Positions 13,737 through 27,288 of a DNA stretch of 64,000 nt are shown here, piece after piece (position 1 is the first letter of the stretch; each line of letters opens with the position of its first letter). Where the stretch lies: the NCBI RefSeq assembly GCF_001194135.2, contig NC_069003.1, positions 32,500,105 through 32,564,104 on the forward strand, read 5' to 3'. The notes under the pieces are model-generated. The model saw nothing but the letters and a program-made list of their open reading frames with translations, searched no databases and had not been told where the DNA came from. Both the position numbers and the translations under genes were made by a program. This stretch comes from Octopus bimaculoides (Eukaryota).

Positions 13737-14125
13737 TTGAAAGATGGGTGACTGTTGGAAAAATGGCCAGTATAAACGGACCAATTCTGAGAATACACCT
13801 GTAAAAAAAAAAAATAAAAAAAAATAAAAAAAAGGTAATGTAAAAGGAGAAAGGGCTCTATACCCCTTTCTTATTTTTTTCTGACCAGGCTCCCGTGGTT
13901 TTATGGGTTTTTCCACGTGTAACCTTTCCTTTTTCGAAGCGCCTCCCCCTTTGGGAGTTCTACTTATTTATTTATCTATTTATTTATTATATCTTTCTCC
14001 GTTTTCTTCCTCTGTTTAGACGAACTTTCCTACCTTTTCGGACAAAACCTTTTGTAACCTTCGTCCTGTCTTTGTCCTTATATGTCTTTAATTGATATTA
14101 GCCCTTGTGGCCAATAAAACGAATT
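13737..14125 (+). mobile_element. 5'-truncated LINE 3' end, possibly L1-Tx1-like
   Basis: ERWVTVGKMASINGPILRIHL-stop (to 13803), then a CpG-containing pyrimidine-rich 3' UTR ending ttagcccttgtggccaataaa and a (TTA)n tail. Clade call is inference. Confidence 0.4.
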
Positions 14126-14126
14126 A

Positions 14127-14168
<42 letters not shown>

Positions 14169-14470
14169 GATATTATAATTACAATATTTCTAATAATTTA
14201 GTTAACCTAGCTGTAGTGTCCAGTTGATGAAATTCCTCATCTCAGTCAACAAATCTATCTCTGATACAATAGTCTAAACCAGATTCTAATCCTCTAAATC
14301 TTCTTAAACACATTTTTTTTAGTAAAGCTATTTAGCTATTCATTAAGCTAAGTTGTTGTTTCTGTTATTGCTGCTGTTGTTGTTTTCCTGACACATTGTA
14401 CACTCTTTGTTTCTCTATCCCAGCTTTCAGTCTGATGTAAAGTAAAAACATAGTTTAAAAAAATATATAC

Positions 14471-14534
14471 ATATATGTAGATATAAATATATGTAGATAT
14501 AAATATATGTAGATATAAATATATGTAGATATAA
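14471..14534. repeat. 16-bp tandem repeat (atatatgtagatataa) x4
   Basis: Counted directly. Confidence 0.95.
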
Positions 14535-15091
14535 ATATATATATGTATATATAACAAAATCTAAAACAAAAACAGAAAAACTCTCAATTGCTTGCTGTGA
14601 AAGAGATAAAGGACTTCTAAAAATAACTATGAAGAAATTCCCTGAGTGTGGTGGCGGCAGCGGTGAAGTGTGGCCAGCCTAGTAACAAAGTAACTGCAGG
14701 CAGGTGTTTGTTTTGGGGGTCCAAATCTGACTGAATTCATTCAGACACATCTCAGCAAGTGTGTACAGTAGGACTGACTTATTGACGTGTTCTCTAGTAT
14801 TCATTCATTTAGCTTGTGCAGTTAGCTCATACTATCACTTGAAGTTTTTGTTTTTTTTCCATATATTCAGCTTGCAGCCCCCTTTTGACTACTGGAGTAT
14901 GTGTAATAGCATGATTTTCTGAATCATCACCTGGGAATTGAACCGACAGGCTTCACTTTTTTTTTTTTACTTATATCTACTTTGTTTTTTTTTTCCTCCC
15001 TTTTTTTTTCTTTCATTTCAAATTGTGTTGGTTATTGAAAATTCAATCTCTGTTGAGGTGGTGCTTTTTTTTCTTCCTTTCTGCTTTCAAC

Positions 15092-15124
15092 ATGCGGTTT
15101 CCCAAAAATCAATATTTCAATCAG
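15092..15124 (+). CDS. Candidate first coding exon (MRFPKNQYFNQ) of the ZO-1-like gene
   Basis: caacATG context, 11 codons, CAG|GTGTGT donor, phase 0 compatible with the 34959 exon; preceded by ~500 bp free of recognisable dispersed repeats. No homology recognised. Confidence 0.35.
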
Positions 15125-15180
15125 GTGTGTATATATATATATACATATATATGTGTGTATGTGTGTGTTGCATATATGTA

Positions 15181-15227
<47 letters not shown>

Positions 15228-15591
15228 ATTTATTTATTATATTACTCCATTGTCTGTATCATATTTTTCCTTTGTTGTTCTTTATCTCCAGGTAAACTCT
15301 GACCAAGCTGTGGTATTTCAGCCTTAACCATTAATTTTTTTGGTGGGGGGTGCTAAATTGTTGCTGTTTAACCTCAGGTCAATGTTTAAATGGGCCTATG
15401 ATCAAAGACTTTCTAGCCATGCCCATTCCATCTTTTTTCCTATGTAGTACCTCAGAATATATTATCCAGTGTTCCTTTCTAAGACAGTAAGGTATAATCT
15501 GAGGGAGATTTGGCTGCTATTGTATGATGTGCAACCACTCAGCTCATTGGCTCAGGGGAAGGGGGTTCTTCCTTTGTTCTTACTACTACCT

Positions 15592-15726
15592 AAGGTGGTC
15601 GATCTGCCTTTTGACCCTTCAGGATCAATAAATTAAGTACCAGTTGAGCACTGGGATTGATCAAATTGCCTTTAGCCCCTACCCCTAAAATTGCTGGCCT
15701 TGTGCCAAAATTTGAAATTATCATTA

Positions 15727-15793
<67 letters not shown>

Positions 15794-16257
15794 CATCATT
15801 ATTATTATTATTATTATTGGTGAACTGGCTTTAAGGCAGCAAGCTGGTAAAATTGTTAGCATACCAAAATGTTTAGTGGCATTTTGTCCATCTGAATGTT
15901 CTGAGTTCGAATTCTATCGAGGTCACCTTTGCCTTTCATCCTTTCGGGATCGACAAAAGTAGTACCAGTTGAACACTGGGGTGAATATAACTGACTTATC
16001 CCCTCCCTCCAAATTACTGGCTTTGTGCCTAAATTTCAAACCATTGCTATTATGATGGCAGTGAGCTGGCAGAACTGTTAGTGATGTTATTTCATCTGTC
16101 TTTACGTTCTGAGTTCAAGTTCCACTGAGGTTGACTCTGCCTTTCATCCTTTTGGGGTCGATAACATAAGTACCAGTTAAGTACTGGTACTTAATATTCG
16201 ACACTTACCTCCTCCCTCAAAATTACTGGCCTGGGCCAAAATTTGAAACCATTATTG

Positions 16258-16306
<49 letters not shown>

Positions 16307-16610
16307 TACTACTACTACTACTGTTACTACCACTACTGCTACTGCTACTACTACTACTACTACTAATAATAATAATAATAACATTATGGTGGTGGCAGCA
16401 AGCTAGCAGAATCATTAGCATGCTGGGCGAAATGCCTAGTGGTATTTTGTCTGTCTTTATGTGCTGAGTTCAAATACTGCCACGGTTGACCTTACCTTTC
16501 ACCCCCTTTGGGGTGGTCGCTGAAATAGGTACCAGTCAAGTACAACATAGCAATGTAAGAAACTATCCCCCTCTCTGAAAATTTCAGGCCTTGTACCTGT
16601 AGTTGAAATG
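15592..16610 (+). mobile_element. Four head-to-tail Nin/Deu-domain-type SINE units separated by (ATT)n tails
   Basis: Units ~15592-15717, 15832-16042, 16053-16250 and 16390-16610, each with a gcctttcatcctttcggggtcgataaa-agtaccag-like core, which resembles the Nin-DC/Deu domain (recalled). Confidence 0.8.
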
Positions 16611-17001
16611 ATCATTATTATTATTATTTTTATTATTATTGTATATATTGTATAATTTTATTATATGCTTTGTATAATATGTACATTTTATTCTCTATAA
16701 TAATAGGATATATTGTATAATTATATATAGAGAGAAAGATAGTAGTAAAATCATTTATAATATGCATTATATATATATATATATATATAACAAATAATAA
16801 ATGAGTATATGCATATATACGTACAGGTATGTGCATACTTACGTCTATCTGTATATATAGGTGCATATCTGGGTACAGGACATTGCAGACAAAACGTAGA
16901 CAAGAAAATAATAATAACTAGAGTACAGAACACACACAGGCCACATAGAGAACATTTTCCTTCATCAGCTACCCCCATTCTAACACAGGCGTTTTCGAAG
17001 A

Positions 17002-17043
<42 letters not shown>

Positions 17044-17706
17044 CATGCTCTATAATTTTACTACATTATACACAATACACACACACACACAAACACACAT
17101 GCAGTATTACTTTTCTGTATATTCCATGTGCTGGATACAGCAGCCTAGCTGGAAGCTGTTCTTGAGTTTATCCTACACACCATACCACACCCACACACCC
17201 ACACACCCACACCCAACATGCTTCCAAGAGAGAGTGGTTCACATCCAAAGTGCCCCCCCCACATCCACCTCCAAATGGTTCTGGGAGGAATCGCCTGTCC
17301 TTGTTTTGCTTTTAGCTACATTAGTGACTTTGTGATAGTATTCTATATAATTAATATATTTTATATGTTTTATATATGTATTTCTATGTATGCTGTACAA
17401 CACGGGTAATTTATAATAATATACATACATCATTTATTTTATATACTATATTATTTTACATATGTAACTTTACACTCTACATTATATCTTACATTATTTT
17501 ATGCCTCATTCTATATAAGTCTATTATAAGCTTTATATTAGAGCATAACATTATACCCTTTTGAATATATAATACTGCTATATACTGTATACATTGTATA
17601 CTATTTTCTTTATGTTCTAAATATTACATACTATATAATTCTGCAGTATATAATATTGCATAATTTTCAATTAAAAATAAGAACAAATTATTTAACACTG
17701 TTCATG

Positions 17707-17797
17707 TTAATATATGTATTGGTTAATATATGTATTGGTTAATATATGTATTGGTTAATATATGTATTGGTTAATATATGTATTGGTTAATATATGT
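17707..17797. repeat. 16-bp tandem repeat (ttaatatatgtattgg) x5 plus partial
   Basis: Counted directly; the same sequence recurs once after the adjacent SINE (18020-18034). Confidence 0.95.
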
Positions 17798-18019
17798 GAA
17801 GGTGGCGAGCCGGCAGAAACGTTAGCACGCCGGGTGAAATGCTTAGCGGTATTTCATGTCTTTACGTTCTGAGTTCAAATTCCACCGAGGTCAACTTTGC
17901 CTTTCATCCTTTCGGGGTTGATTAAACAGGTACCAGTTATGCACTGGGGTCAATGTAATCGACTTAATCCCTTTGTCTGTCCTCTCTATGTTTAGCCCCC
18001 TGTGGGCAATAAAGAAATA
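17798..18019 (+). mobile_element. Young Nin-type SINE with a distinct 3' tail
   Basis: CpG-rich head gaaggtggcgagccggcagaaacgttagc, B-box gagttcaaattcc, Nin-like core, tail ttagccccctgtgggcaataaagaaat. Older relatives at ~18040-18240, 20970-21130, 25540-25670 and 28330-28490. Confidence 0.85.
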
Positions 18020-18966
18020 AATATATGTATTGGTAGAACTGGACTGGTAGAACATTGGCTGTTTTGTCCAATGCTGTTATTAGTTATATTCTGAGTTCAA
18101 ATCCTACCAAGGTTATCTTTATCTTTCCTTCTTCTAAGGCCAATAATATAAAGTACCACTCAAATACTGAGTGAATTTAATTGACTATATACCCCATGCT
18201 TTAAAATGCGTGACCTTGTGCCAGTGTTACAAACCAACATTATAATTCTTTAGTTCTTTCATGCCACCTCACATGAGACTGCTTCTGATTCTTTGATACA
18301 AAACCTGTTGTTTGTATTCATATTTTGCTGTATCTCTCAGCATGAAGAACACTCTGATCTTGAAGACACAACCCAGTTTTGACTTGAAAGTTTTGTTAAA
18401 AAATAAGCATAAAACGTGATTCACTACTTTCTCAAACTTTCACTAAAATAGTTTGTTAATAGCTTAGTGATATAAAAATCCTGTTGGTCACCCATCATCT
18501 ACATTTTGTCCTTCTCTTTTATAATGTATGGAAATATGGTAAGTTTAGCTTAAATAACATTTCCCTGAAGTTAACATTGGTTAATAAAAAGTGCAACCAT
18601 CATTATCTAGAACATATGGCAAATTTTTGAGATTTATTTTATTTGGAGAAAAATAGTATCTTCACTGTCAGGAAATACAGTAAATTAAAATCATCCATCA
18701 TAATTTTATACTGATACTTATTTTTTTTTTTTTTTTGGTGGGGGGTGGAATCACATCCTTGACACTGGAGAATAGGGTATATTAAAACCATCCATCATAA
18801 TTTTGGTAAAAACTTTCTTGTTTACTTTGGTTCTAAATGCATGCTTAATAATGAAAAAAAGTTATTTTACTCAGCTCTTCAAAGTTCTTGAATATTTTCA
18901 AGTTAATTAAAACACGGGTAGCATATTGCTTTAGAGGTGCTATTTTAACATGTTATCTACTGTAGT

Positions 18967-19363
18967 GAAGGCGCAATGGCCCAGTGGTTAGGGCAGCAGA
19001 CTTGCGATCATAGGATCGTAGTTTCGATTCCCAGACTGGGCGTTGTGAGTGTTTATTGAGCGAAAACACCTAAAAAAGCTCCACGAGGCTCCGGCAGGGG
19101 ATGGTGGCGAACCCTGCTGTACTCTTTCACCACAACTTTCTCTCACTCTTACTTCCTGTTTCTGTTGTGCTTGTAATTCAAAGGGGTCAGTCAACCTTGT
19201 CACACTGTGTCACGCTGAATATCCCCGAGAACTACGTTAAGAGTACACGTGTCTGTGGAGTGCTCAGCCACTTGCACGTTAATTTCACGAGCAGGCTGTT
19301 CCATTGATCGGATCAACTGGAACCCTCAACGTCGTAAGCGACGGAGTGCCAACAACAACAACA
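18967..19363 (+). mobile_element. Full-length young tRNA-derived SINE (octopus OK/OR-like, family uncertain)
   Basis: A-box TGGCCCAGTGG, B-box GTTTCGATTCC, (AAC)n tail, 12-bp TSD atctactgtagt / atctactgcagt, many retained CpGs. Confidence 0.9.
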
Positions 19364-20402
19364 ATCTACTGCAGTATCCATAGTCTACCACAGTATCCAT
19401 AATGTGCGCTGTGCAATAACTTGATTTGTCTACTAAGACTTCAACTGGTTTTGTGGACTCTCATGATACGAATTTCCTGCCTGTACTTGCCTTTATTTTT
19501 TTCTTTTTAACCCTTTTCACCTGAGTGGCATTCCTAAATAATATACAAAGCTTGTACCATTAAAGAATTTGAATGTAAATTTTTATGTATCAGTTATAAA
19601 TATCATTAATAATAAATCATTATTCAACATGTTTTTATCATCCCGCAATATTGAGTTCTTGTAGTGAAGATAGACTACACACTGAAGTGTAAATCTGTAG
19701 GTAGACCACATGCTAAAGTGTAAAACGCTGGGGTGCATTGCTAGTGTGTGTTTGTGTGTGTGTGTGTAAGTTAGTAGTATCAAACGGATGGAAAGTATAC
19801 AATATTATAATGCGCAGTAATTATTTAATTTCGTCAGCTGAAGCCAACATTCGCAGCTACAGACAATGTCTTTGTATCAAAGTCTTAGAATTAATCGGAA
19901 AGTCATAGTGGAATTTCAATATGGCAGCATGAGAAATTGCAGGTCTTTTATGTAATGAAACTGTCTTTTGCTACCAGTGTTGGTTTCAGCTATCTAAATT
20001 ATATATATACATAAATATATATTATACATACACACATATATTATACATACACATATATATACATAAATATATATATTATACATACACACATTTATAGATT
20101 TGTGTAAGTATATTAGGCATGGTGGTGTGTCTCAGGTTCAGTCCCACTCTGTGACACCTTAGAAAAGTATCTTCTACTATAGCCTTGAGCAGGCCAAAGC
20201 CTTGTGAGTGGATCTGGTTGATGGGAGCGTCACTGTCGTACAAGCAGCATCGTTTATTTCCAATACTCTGTGAAAATGTGTCTGGCTATAGGGAAATGGT
20301 TTCCTGCTTGAACACAGGTGAGGGTTGGCGAGAGGGAGAGTATATAGAAAATATACCCCAAGAATTAGTATGGAGAAATGGACAATATTATTATTATTAT
20401 TT

Positions 20403-20461
<59 letters not shown>

Positions 20462-20474
20462 GTTATTATTATCT

Positions 20475-20518
<44 letters not shown>

Positions 20519-22123
20519 GTGGTGGTAGCAGGATACATATGCACGTGTATGTTAGTGGATGGAGAGAGTGCTGAAGCTTAGTATTACACTTTGTGTTTTG
20601 CATCTCGAAAAGCATTTAAAAAAGTAAAAAAATATAACAAAAATATAAATATAACTAAAAACAGTTTAGCCATTCTACTAAATCAATGTCATTAACTTTT
20701 TCCAAATGGATAGACACCCATGGAAATGTCTACATAGTCTTTGAACAAATGAGTAATTGAGTGAAAGAATTCCGAGTCTGCCAGTCCTCGTTTGGACTTG
20801 ATGATGTGTATAAGCATAGGAAAAGTGTTATTGTTATTAATGGTTATAATTTATTTAATCTATCAAGAAGCCATATTGTATTTTTAACTTGATTAACTTT
20901 TTTGGATACCAAGCTACCTGAGATCCATTTCTGGTTCTTTGATACAAAGCCTTTTGTTTATATCTAAATGAGATGGTGAGCTGGTAAAATTGTTAGCACA
21001 TTGGACAAAATGCTTAGTGGAATTCCTTCCAGCTCTTTATGTTCTGAGTTCAAATCATGCTGAAGTCAATTTTGCCTTTCATCTCTTCAGGGTCGATAAA
21101 GTACTAGTCAATGTAATTGACTTACCCCACCCCCTGTCTTGAACACTGTAACAGACCGGTGTCCTGTTCAAGGGGATTGGTGTGATTGTGATGCACTTAC
21201 ATGGTACAATGGAAACAGGGTAATCAGTTTTATGACTTCAGAGGCTCGAGAAATTTTTTTTTTAAATGGCAGGAAAAAAAAAATCTAAATAAGATCCTTC
21301 AAGTTGAAGTTTCAGATTAATTTTGAGTCAAACTGACTTAAGATTTGAATCATTTGAGTGGAACTTAACTGCGAGGACCTTGTTTCAGGCAAGTTTGGTC
21401 AAGGAATTTTCATTCAATTTAGAATAAGGTTCCACACATTGAAAACACTGCTTGTTTGGAACCAGAGCTACATTTTTTTCAGGGTCAAATGACAATATAG
21501 GGGCTCTGTAATTTTCCTTGGTTTCTGAGGTGTCCTCATTGGATCATAAGGCTTCCTCATTGACTGTGGTTGTAGAAAGAACTCTCTCTGACATACTGTG
21601 TAATACTCATAACAGGCAAGTTAAACGTCTCTCTATACACATTCCATGAACTATGTGGAACAATGTTGTTAATCCTAGTAGTAGCAGTAGTAGTAACTAC
21701 CACTGCAGCGTAATGCCTTTGTCAAGACAGCTGACCAGACACTAACCTTGTGGTGTACACCAAGGATGACTCAGTGGTGTTTTATGGTTTGTTCTCTTAG
21801 TAATCGATTTTCTACATAGGTTCATTTGGACTGTAACCACGGGATGGATGCTAAAACAGTCGTTTTAGTCATTGGAATGTGGCCAAGCTGGAGCAGCACC
21901 TCAAAGAGTTTTAAATTGATCATAAAGATTTAACAACTCTCTTCTCTCTACTTATTTCACTCTTGTACTTGTTTTTATTGATTTTTTTTTCTTTTATCGT
22001 TGCTAAGTTTATGCATTTGTCATAGAGGGACAACTTGGGTTCACACTAGTAAACAGGAATATACACACATGCACACAATTGTTATGTGTATGTGTGTGTA
22101 TTTATGTATATATGCATTTATAT

Positions 22124-22241
<118 letters not shown>

Positions 22242-25058
22242 TTATATACATATATATAAATGTGTGCATATATACATATGTATATATGCACATATGTATT
22301 TGTGTGTAAATATATACATGCCCACACTCATATGTATTGAAAACGCAGATACATTTTAGTTTTTTCTCTTTTATTTAGGTTTTTCTTGTTCATGTTTCTG
22401 TATGAGTACCATTGTAGTTTGTTTGAAACAATAAAGTTTCAAAATCCATTGTCAACTGCATGAAAATAAGAAAAATTTTATAAAAGAGAAAACCAGAATA
22501 TAGTCATATATCATAAAGAAAAGCTGTTCCCAGTACACACACATGTACACATTCACGTATATATATATATATATGAAACAAATTAGCTGTTTTATGGAAT
22601 ATCAAAATTGGTTTCATTTGAAGACATGAAACCAGGAAATATGATATAGTTAAAAGTTCCATTAACATTTTTAACCCTATAAATATTATTGACTTATCTA
22701 ATCTATTGGCAAAAATTCCCTCTTGTATTAATAGGTTAAAAGCTTAAAGGAAAAGCAAAAAAAGGGTAAAAAGGAAACAGGGATCCATTATCTATCAAAG
22801 ACATTGTTTGTCACTGGGGACATGATTGAGTTCAGCAGTTCGCTTCGCTACGATGTNNNNNNNNNNNNNNNNNNNNNNNNNNNNNNNNNNNNNNNNNNNN
22901 NNNNNNNNNNNNNNNNNNNNNNNNNNNNNNNNNNNNNNNNNNNNNNNNNNNNNNNNNNNNNNNNNNNNNNNNNNNNNNNNNNNNNNNNNNNNNNNNNNNN
23001 NNNNNNNNNNNNNNNNNNNNNNNNNNNNNNNNNNNNNNNNNNNNNNNNNNNNNNNNNNNNNNNNNNNNNNNNNNNNNNNNNNNNNNNNNNNNNNNNNNNN
23101 NNNNNNNNNNNNNNNNNNNNNNNNNNNNNNNNNNNNNNNNNNNNNNNNNNNNNNNNNNNNNNNNNNNNNNNNNNNNNNNNNNNNNNNNNNNNNNNNNNNN
23201 NNNNNNNNNNNNNNNNNNNNNNNNNNNNNNNNNNNNNNNNNNNNNNNNNGGGGTGGGGGAGGATAGGATTGCTATGGCTAGAATGCCCTTGATTATAAAG
23301 TCTGCTTGATTGGAGTTGACCTGGGGCTAAACAACAACATTCCATTACATTGATAATCTGTTCTTTAACAAATTTCATTTCAAATTGCAAAAAAAAAAAA
23401 CCCCAAAAAATCTACATAACAGTGATAACTGTATAATCTACTTAGGTACAATCCCCTGAAGACCCCCTCCCCCCCATACACACAGCCCTCCTTTGTAAAC
23501 CATGATCCCTTCTACTTATAGTGCTATTTTATGGTTTTAATTCTGATAAGGATTTTGGAAGTGGGAGGGATCCTTTTCTATTAAATAAAACTGCACTTTT
23601 CCTACCCAACAATTAACACACACACACACACACACACACATGCATACTGGGATATGTATCACACTGCCTAAGTACCCAATCTTGAGAAATTAGCCTTCTC
23701 AAAACCAGACTAAAACCTTGTAAGTATTTTTGGTATACAGAAACTGGATAAAGCCCATTGTGTGTATATGTGTTTAGTTCCGTGTTTGGTTCCCCACCAC
23801 CACTTGACAATTGGTGATGATGTGTTTATGTCCCTGTGACTTAGCAGTTCAACACAAGAGGCCAATAAAATAAGTATTAGACTTTAAAAAAAAGTACTGA
23901 AGTTGATTCATTCAACCAAAATTCTTCAAAGCATTGCTCTAGCATGACCAGTCTTATGAGTGAAACAAGTGTAAGATATGTGTGTGTGTGTACATATATT
24001 TCTATGTACATATATATATTCATTCACACAGGGTATTTTTAATCTTAAAAATATGTTGATCTCTGTTTTATTATTTTTATTTTTTCATTCTTATTTAATT
24101 ACCTGAGATTATAAAAATTCAATCTGTAAGTAGATGAGAATTTATGGAAGAGGGAGGCAAATTTTTTTGGAATATATTGAAAAAGAAAAATCTCTACTTT
24201 TTTTTTTTTTTGAAAATCAAATTTCTTGTTTAATGTAGGTATATATTCTGTTGCATGAAATTATATTCTTCAATATATAATTTTCTCTGTAGTCAATAAA
24301 ATAAGCACTAGAATCAATGTGTTCAATGACTATATTTCCCACACACCAAAAAAAGGTGAACGGAAAAAAAAAAAAAATATGGCTTGTTGCTTTTATTAGA
24401 AATCAATTTACACTTCACTCTTTTACTTCACAAATTATTAAAAAAAAAAGAGAGAAATATATATTTACATATATTCAATATATTTCTTCAAGCATTGGCC
24501 TCCCTTCTTGCCTCTCAGTGTAATAACTAAAAGTTAAACTGGTCTGACCTCAAATTAAGAAGGGAGGGGCATAATAAAGGAAAAAAAGAAAAAAGAATTT
24601 CTTTAGAAAACGTGAAAGACATTGTCATTTTTAGATTAAAAAGAAGTCAAAGATGATTGTGGTGGTGGTGGTAATTTCTGACTATTGGGTGCTTTAAACT
24701 ACAAACATGGGTGATTAAGTTCAACTTGGTCCTACAAACGTATGTGCACATGCACATTTATGATAATCGGTTCTCCGTTGGATATTAATTTAATGTGTAA
24801 GTGACTGAGTACTCCACAGACACGTGTATCTCTTAACATAATTCTAAGGCTAGATCAGCATGAAATGATATATATATATCTATGTGTATTTCGTTTTTCT
24901 ATTTAGTTTGCAAAATTCACAAATAACAGCAAAGGGACTTTGACAGAGAAAGTTAACAAACCATTGGTTAGTTAGTTGGTAAAATAAAGAAGTGGTATAG
25001 AACCAGTGTGTGTTTATATTCATTTAGTATTGGCATAATGACCCTCCTGAGACACAAG

Positions 25059-25128
<70 letters not shown>

Positions 25129-25130
<2 letters not shown>

Positions 25131-25305
25131 TCTTTTATTTGTTTCAGTCATTTGACTGCAGCCATGCTGGAGCACCACCTTCAGTCAAACAAATCAACCC
25201 CAGGTCTTATTCTTTGTAAGCCTAGTACTTATTCTATTGGTCTCTTTTGCTGAACTGCTAGGTTACCAGCATCAGTTGTCAAGTGATGGTGTGGGGGACA
25301 AACAT

Positions 25306-25337
<32 letters not shown>

Positions 25338-25500
25338 GACGGGCTTCTTTCAGTTTCTGTCTACCAAATCCACTCGCAAGGCTTTTGTCAGCCTGAGGCT
25401 ATAGTAGAAGACACTTGCCCAAGGTGCCATGCAGTAGGACTGAACTCGGAACCATGTGATTGGTAAGCAATGTACTTACCACACAGCCACTCCTGTGCCT
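25129..25500 (-). mobile_element. CORE-type SINE, full length with internal microsatellite
   Basis: Head, central (CA)n/(TA)n and 3' block (ccagcatggctgcagtcaaatgactgaaacaa) all present. Other - copies near 3198-3577, 4500-4848, 26190, 27290, 29750, 44840, 47385 and 54590. Confidence 0.85.
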
Positions 25501-25931
25501 ATGTATATAAAAGGCTGGACCTTTGATATACAACCCTGTTGATGACAGAACTGTTAGCACAATAGCTTGATATGCTTGTGCTAGCTCTTCACATTTTGTG
25601 TTCAAATTCCACTAGGATAATCTTTACTTTTCATCCTTGTGGAGGTAATAAATAAGTACCATTACCATTGAAGTTTTGCTGTCAATTTAACCCTGTTGTC
25701 TTGAATAGATTAAATACACATTGGATAAGGATATCTTAATCCTTTAGCATTCAGATTATTCTGTCAATCTAATGTTTATTCTCTCAAACATTATCTCACA
25801 GCTTAAACATTTCAATGATGTGATTGTTTATTTTTAGAATACCATTGTAGGGTAGGGTTAGGGTGTAGTTGAATCAACTATAAAACAGGTACAATATTTG
25901 GGCTGGATCTGGCTGGTTTGGACTTGAAGCA

Positions 25932-26045
25932 TTCAAGTGGCCAGATGTGTTTCAAATGGCCAGATGTATTTCAAGTGGCCAGATGTGTTTTAAATGGCCA
26001 GATGTGTTTCAAATGGCCAGATGTGTTTCAAATGGCCAGATGTGT
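25932..26045. repeat. 19-bp tandem repeat (ttcaaatggccagatgtgt) x6
   Basis: Counted directly, with few substitutions. Confidence 0.95.
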
Positions 26046-26144
26046 TTTCACAAAATATTGGAAATGAAGGATATTGCTTGCATGAAGAGGATGTTTCTTT
26101 ACAATTACCACTTGATATCAACACAAGGAGACACAAATCCATAC

Positions 26145-26194
<50 letters not shown>

Positions 26195-26669
26195 CCCCTA
26201 CATTACATAATGGGCATCTTTCAGTTTCTGTCTTCAAAATCTTTTTGACAAGGTTTTGTTTTGTCCAAAGCTTTTGTAAAGGACATTTAACCATGACTTT
26301 ATGCAGTGGGACTAAATCTGAAATTATGTGGTTGGAAAGCGAATTTCTTAAGCACATATCCATGCCTCTCTGTGTGTGGAATGTGTTATGTATATGCATA
26401 GGTACATGTGTATATCTGTGTATATATATATTTATAAATGTGTGTGTATATTTATAAAGATATATATGTGCATTTATGTATGTGTGCGTTTATATATATG
26501 TATATATATAGACACACACATAGATATAGACACACACATGTATACATGTATATTAATAAGGACCCATTTAATATTCTAATATTTTTACATATATCTTCCA
26601 ATATATTTTTGCTTGTGACAAGAGAATAATAATGGTGTGATGATTCATAGTAAGGAATGTACCTACCAC

Positions 26670-26703
<34 letters not shown>

Positions 26704-27233
26704 CACCAATGACCCGATGCTGACACCATTACCAAGATATTAGAAGTGTTTGTGTGTGGTCAATTAATGAAGTGAGAGAGAGAGAGAGAAAGTAAGGGAG
26801 CCATGACAGATGAAAGAGGTGTGTGTGTATATAATAACCATATTCTTTTATATAATTTTTTCTGTTTTTGTTTGTGTTGAACTCTTATTGAACAGTATTC
26901 CAGCTATGACTATGACATTTTTTTTTCTTCAGCCACAGTGTAAACATGGGTTCCATTATCTGTTTTCTCTTTTTTTTTTTTTTCTTTTTTTTCTAACCCT
27001 TTTGTTTCCATATTTCTACTGAAACACATTGCCTTTTTTTCAACTAATTTTTAAAATATTGAATTTAGTAAAAGAGTTTTGTCATTATTAAGCCAATGTT
27101 TGAGTTATGAATTAACATGAAATTTTGACAGGAAGTTTGTATTATAGGACCATGGGCATTTTCCGAGGGGTTGGTACCAAAATAGTTAAAGTGAGCCAAC
27201 TTTGTATGATTTTGGGGAGAGTTAATTGTTATT

Positions 27234-27288
<55 letters not shown>

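Noticed and set aside
17707-17797. Regular direct repeats (also 25932-26045) that might suggest CRISPR
   Set aside because: No spacers, eukaryotic context, no cas genes.
18967-19040. tRNA-like A and B boxes
   Set aside because: SINE head with body, tail and TSD; not a tRNA gene. The same applies to other SINE heads.
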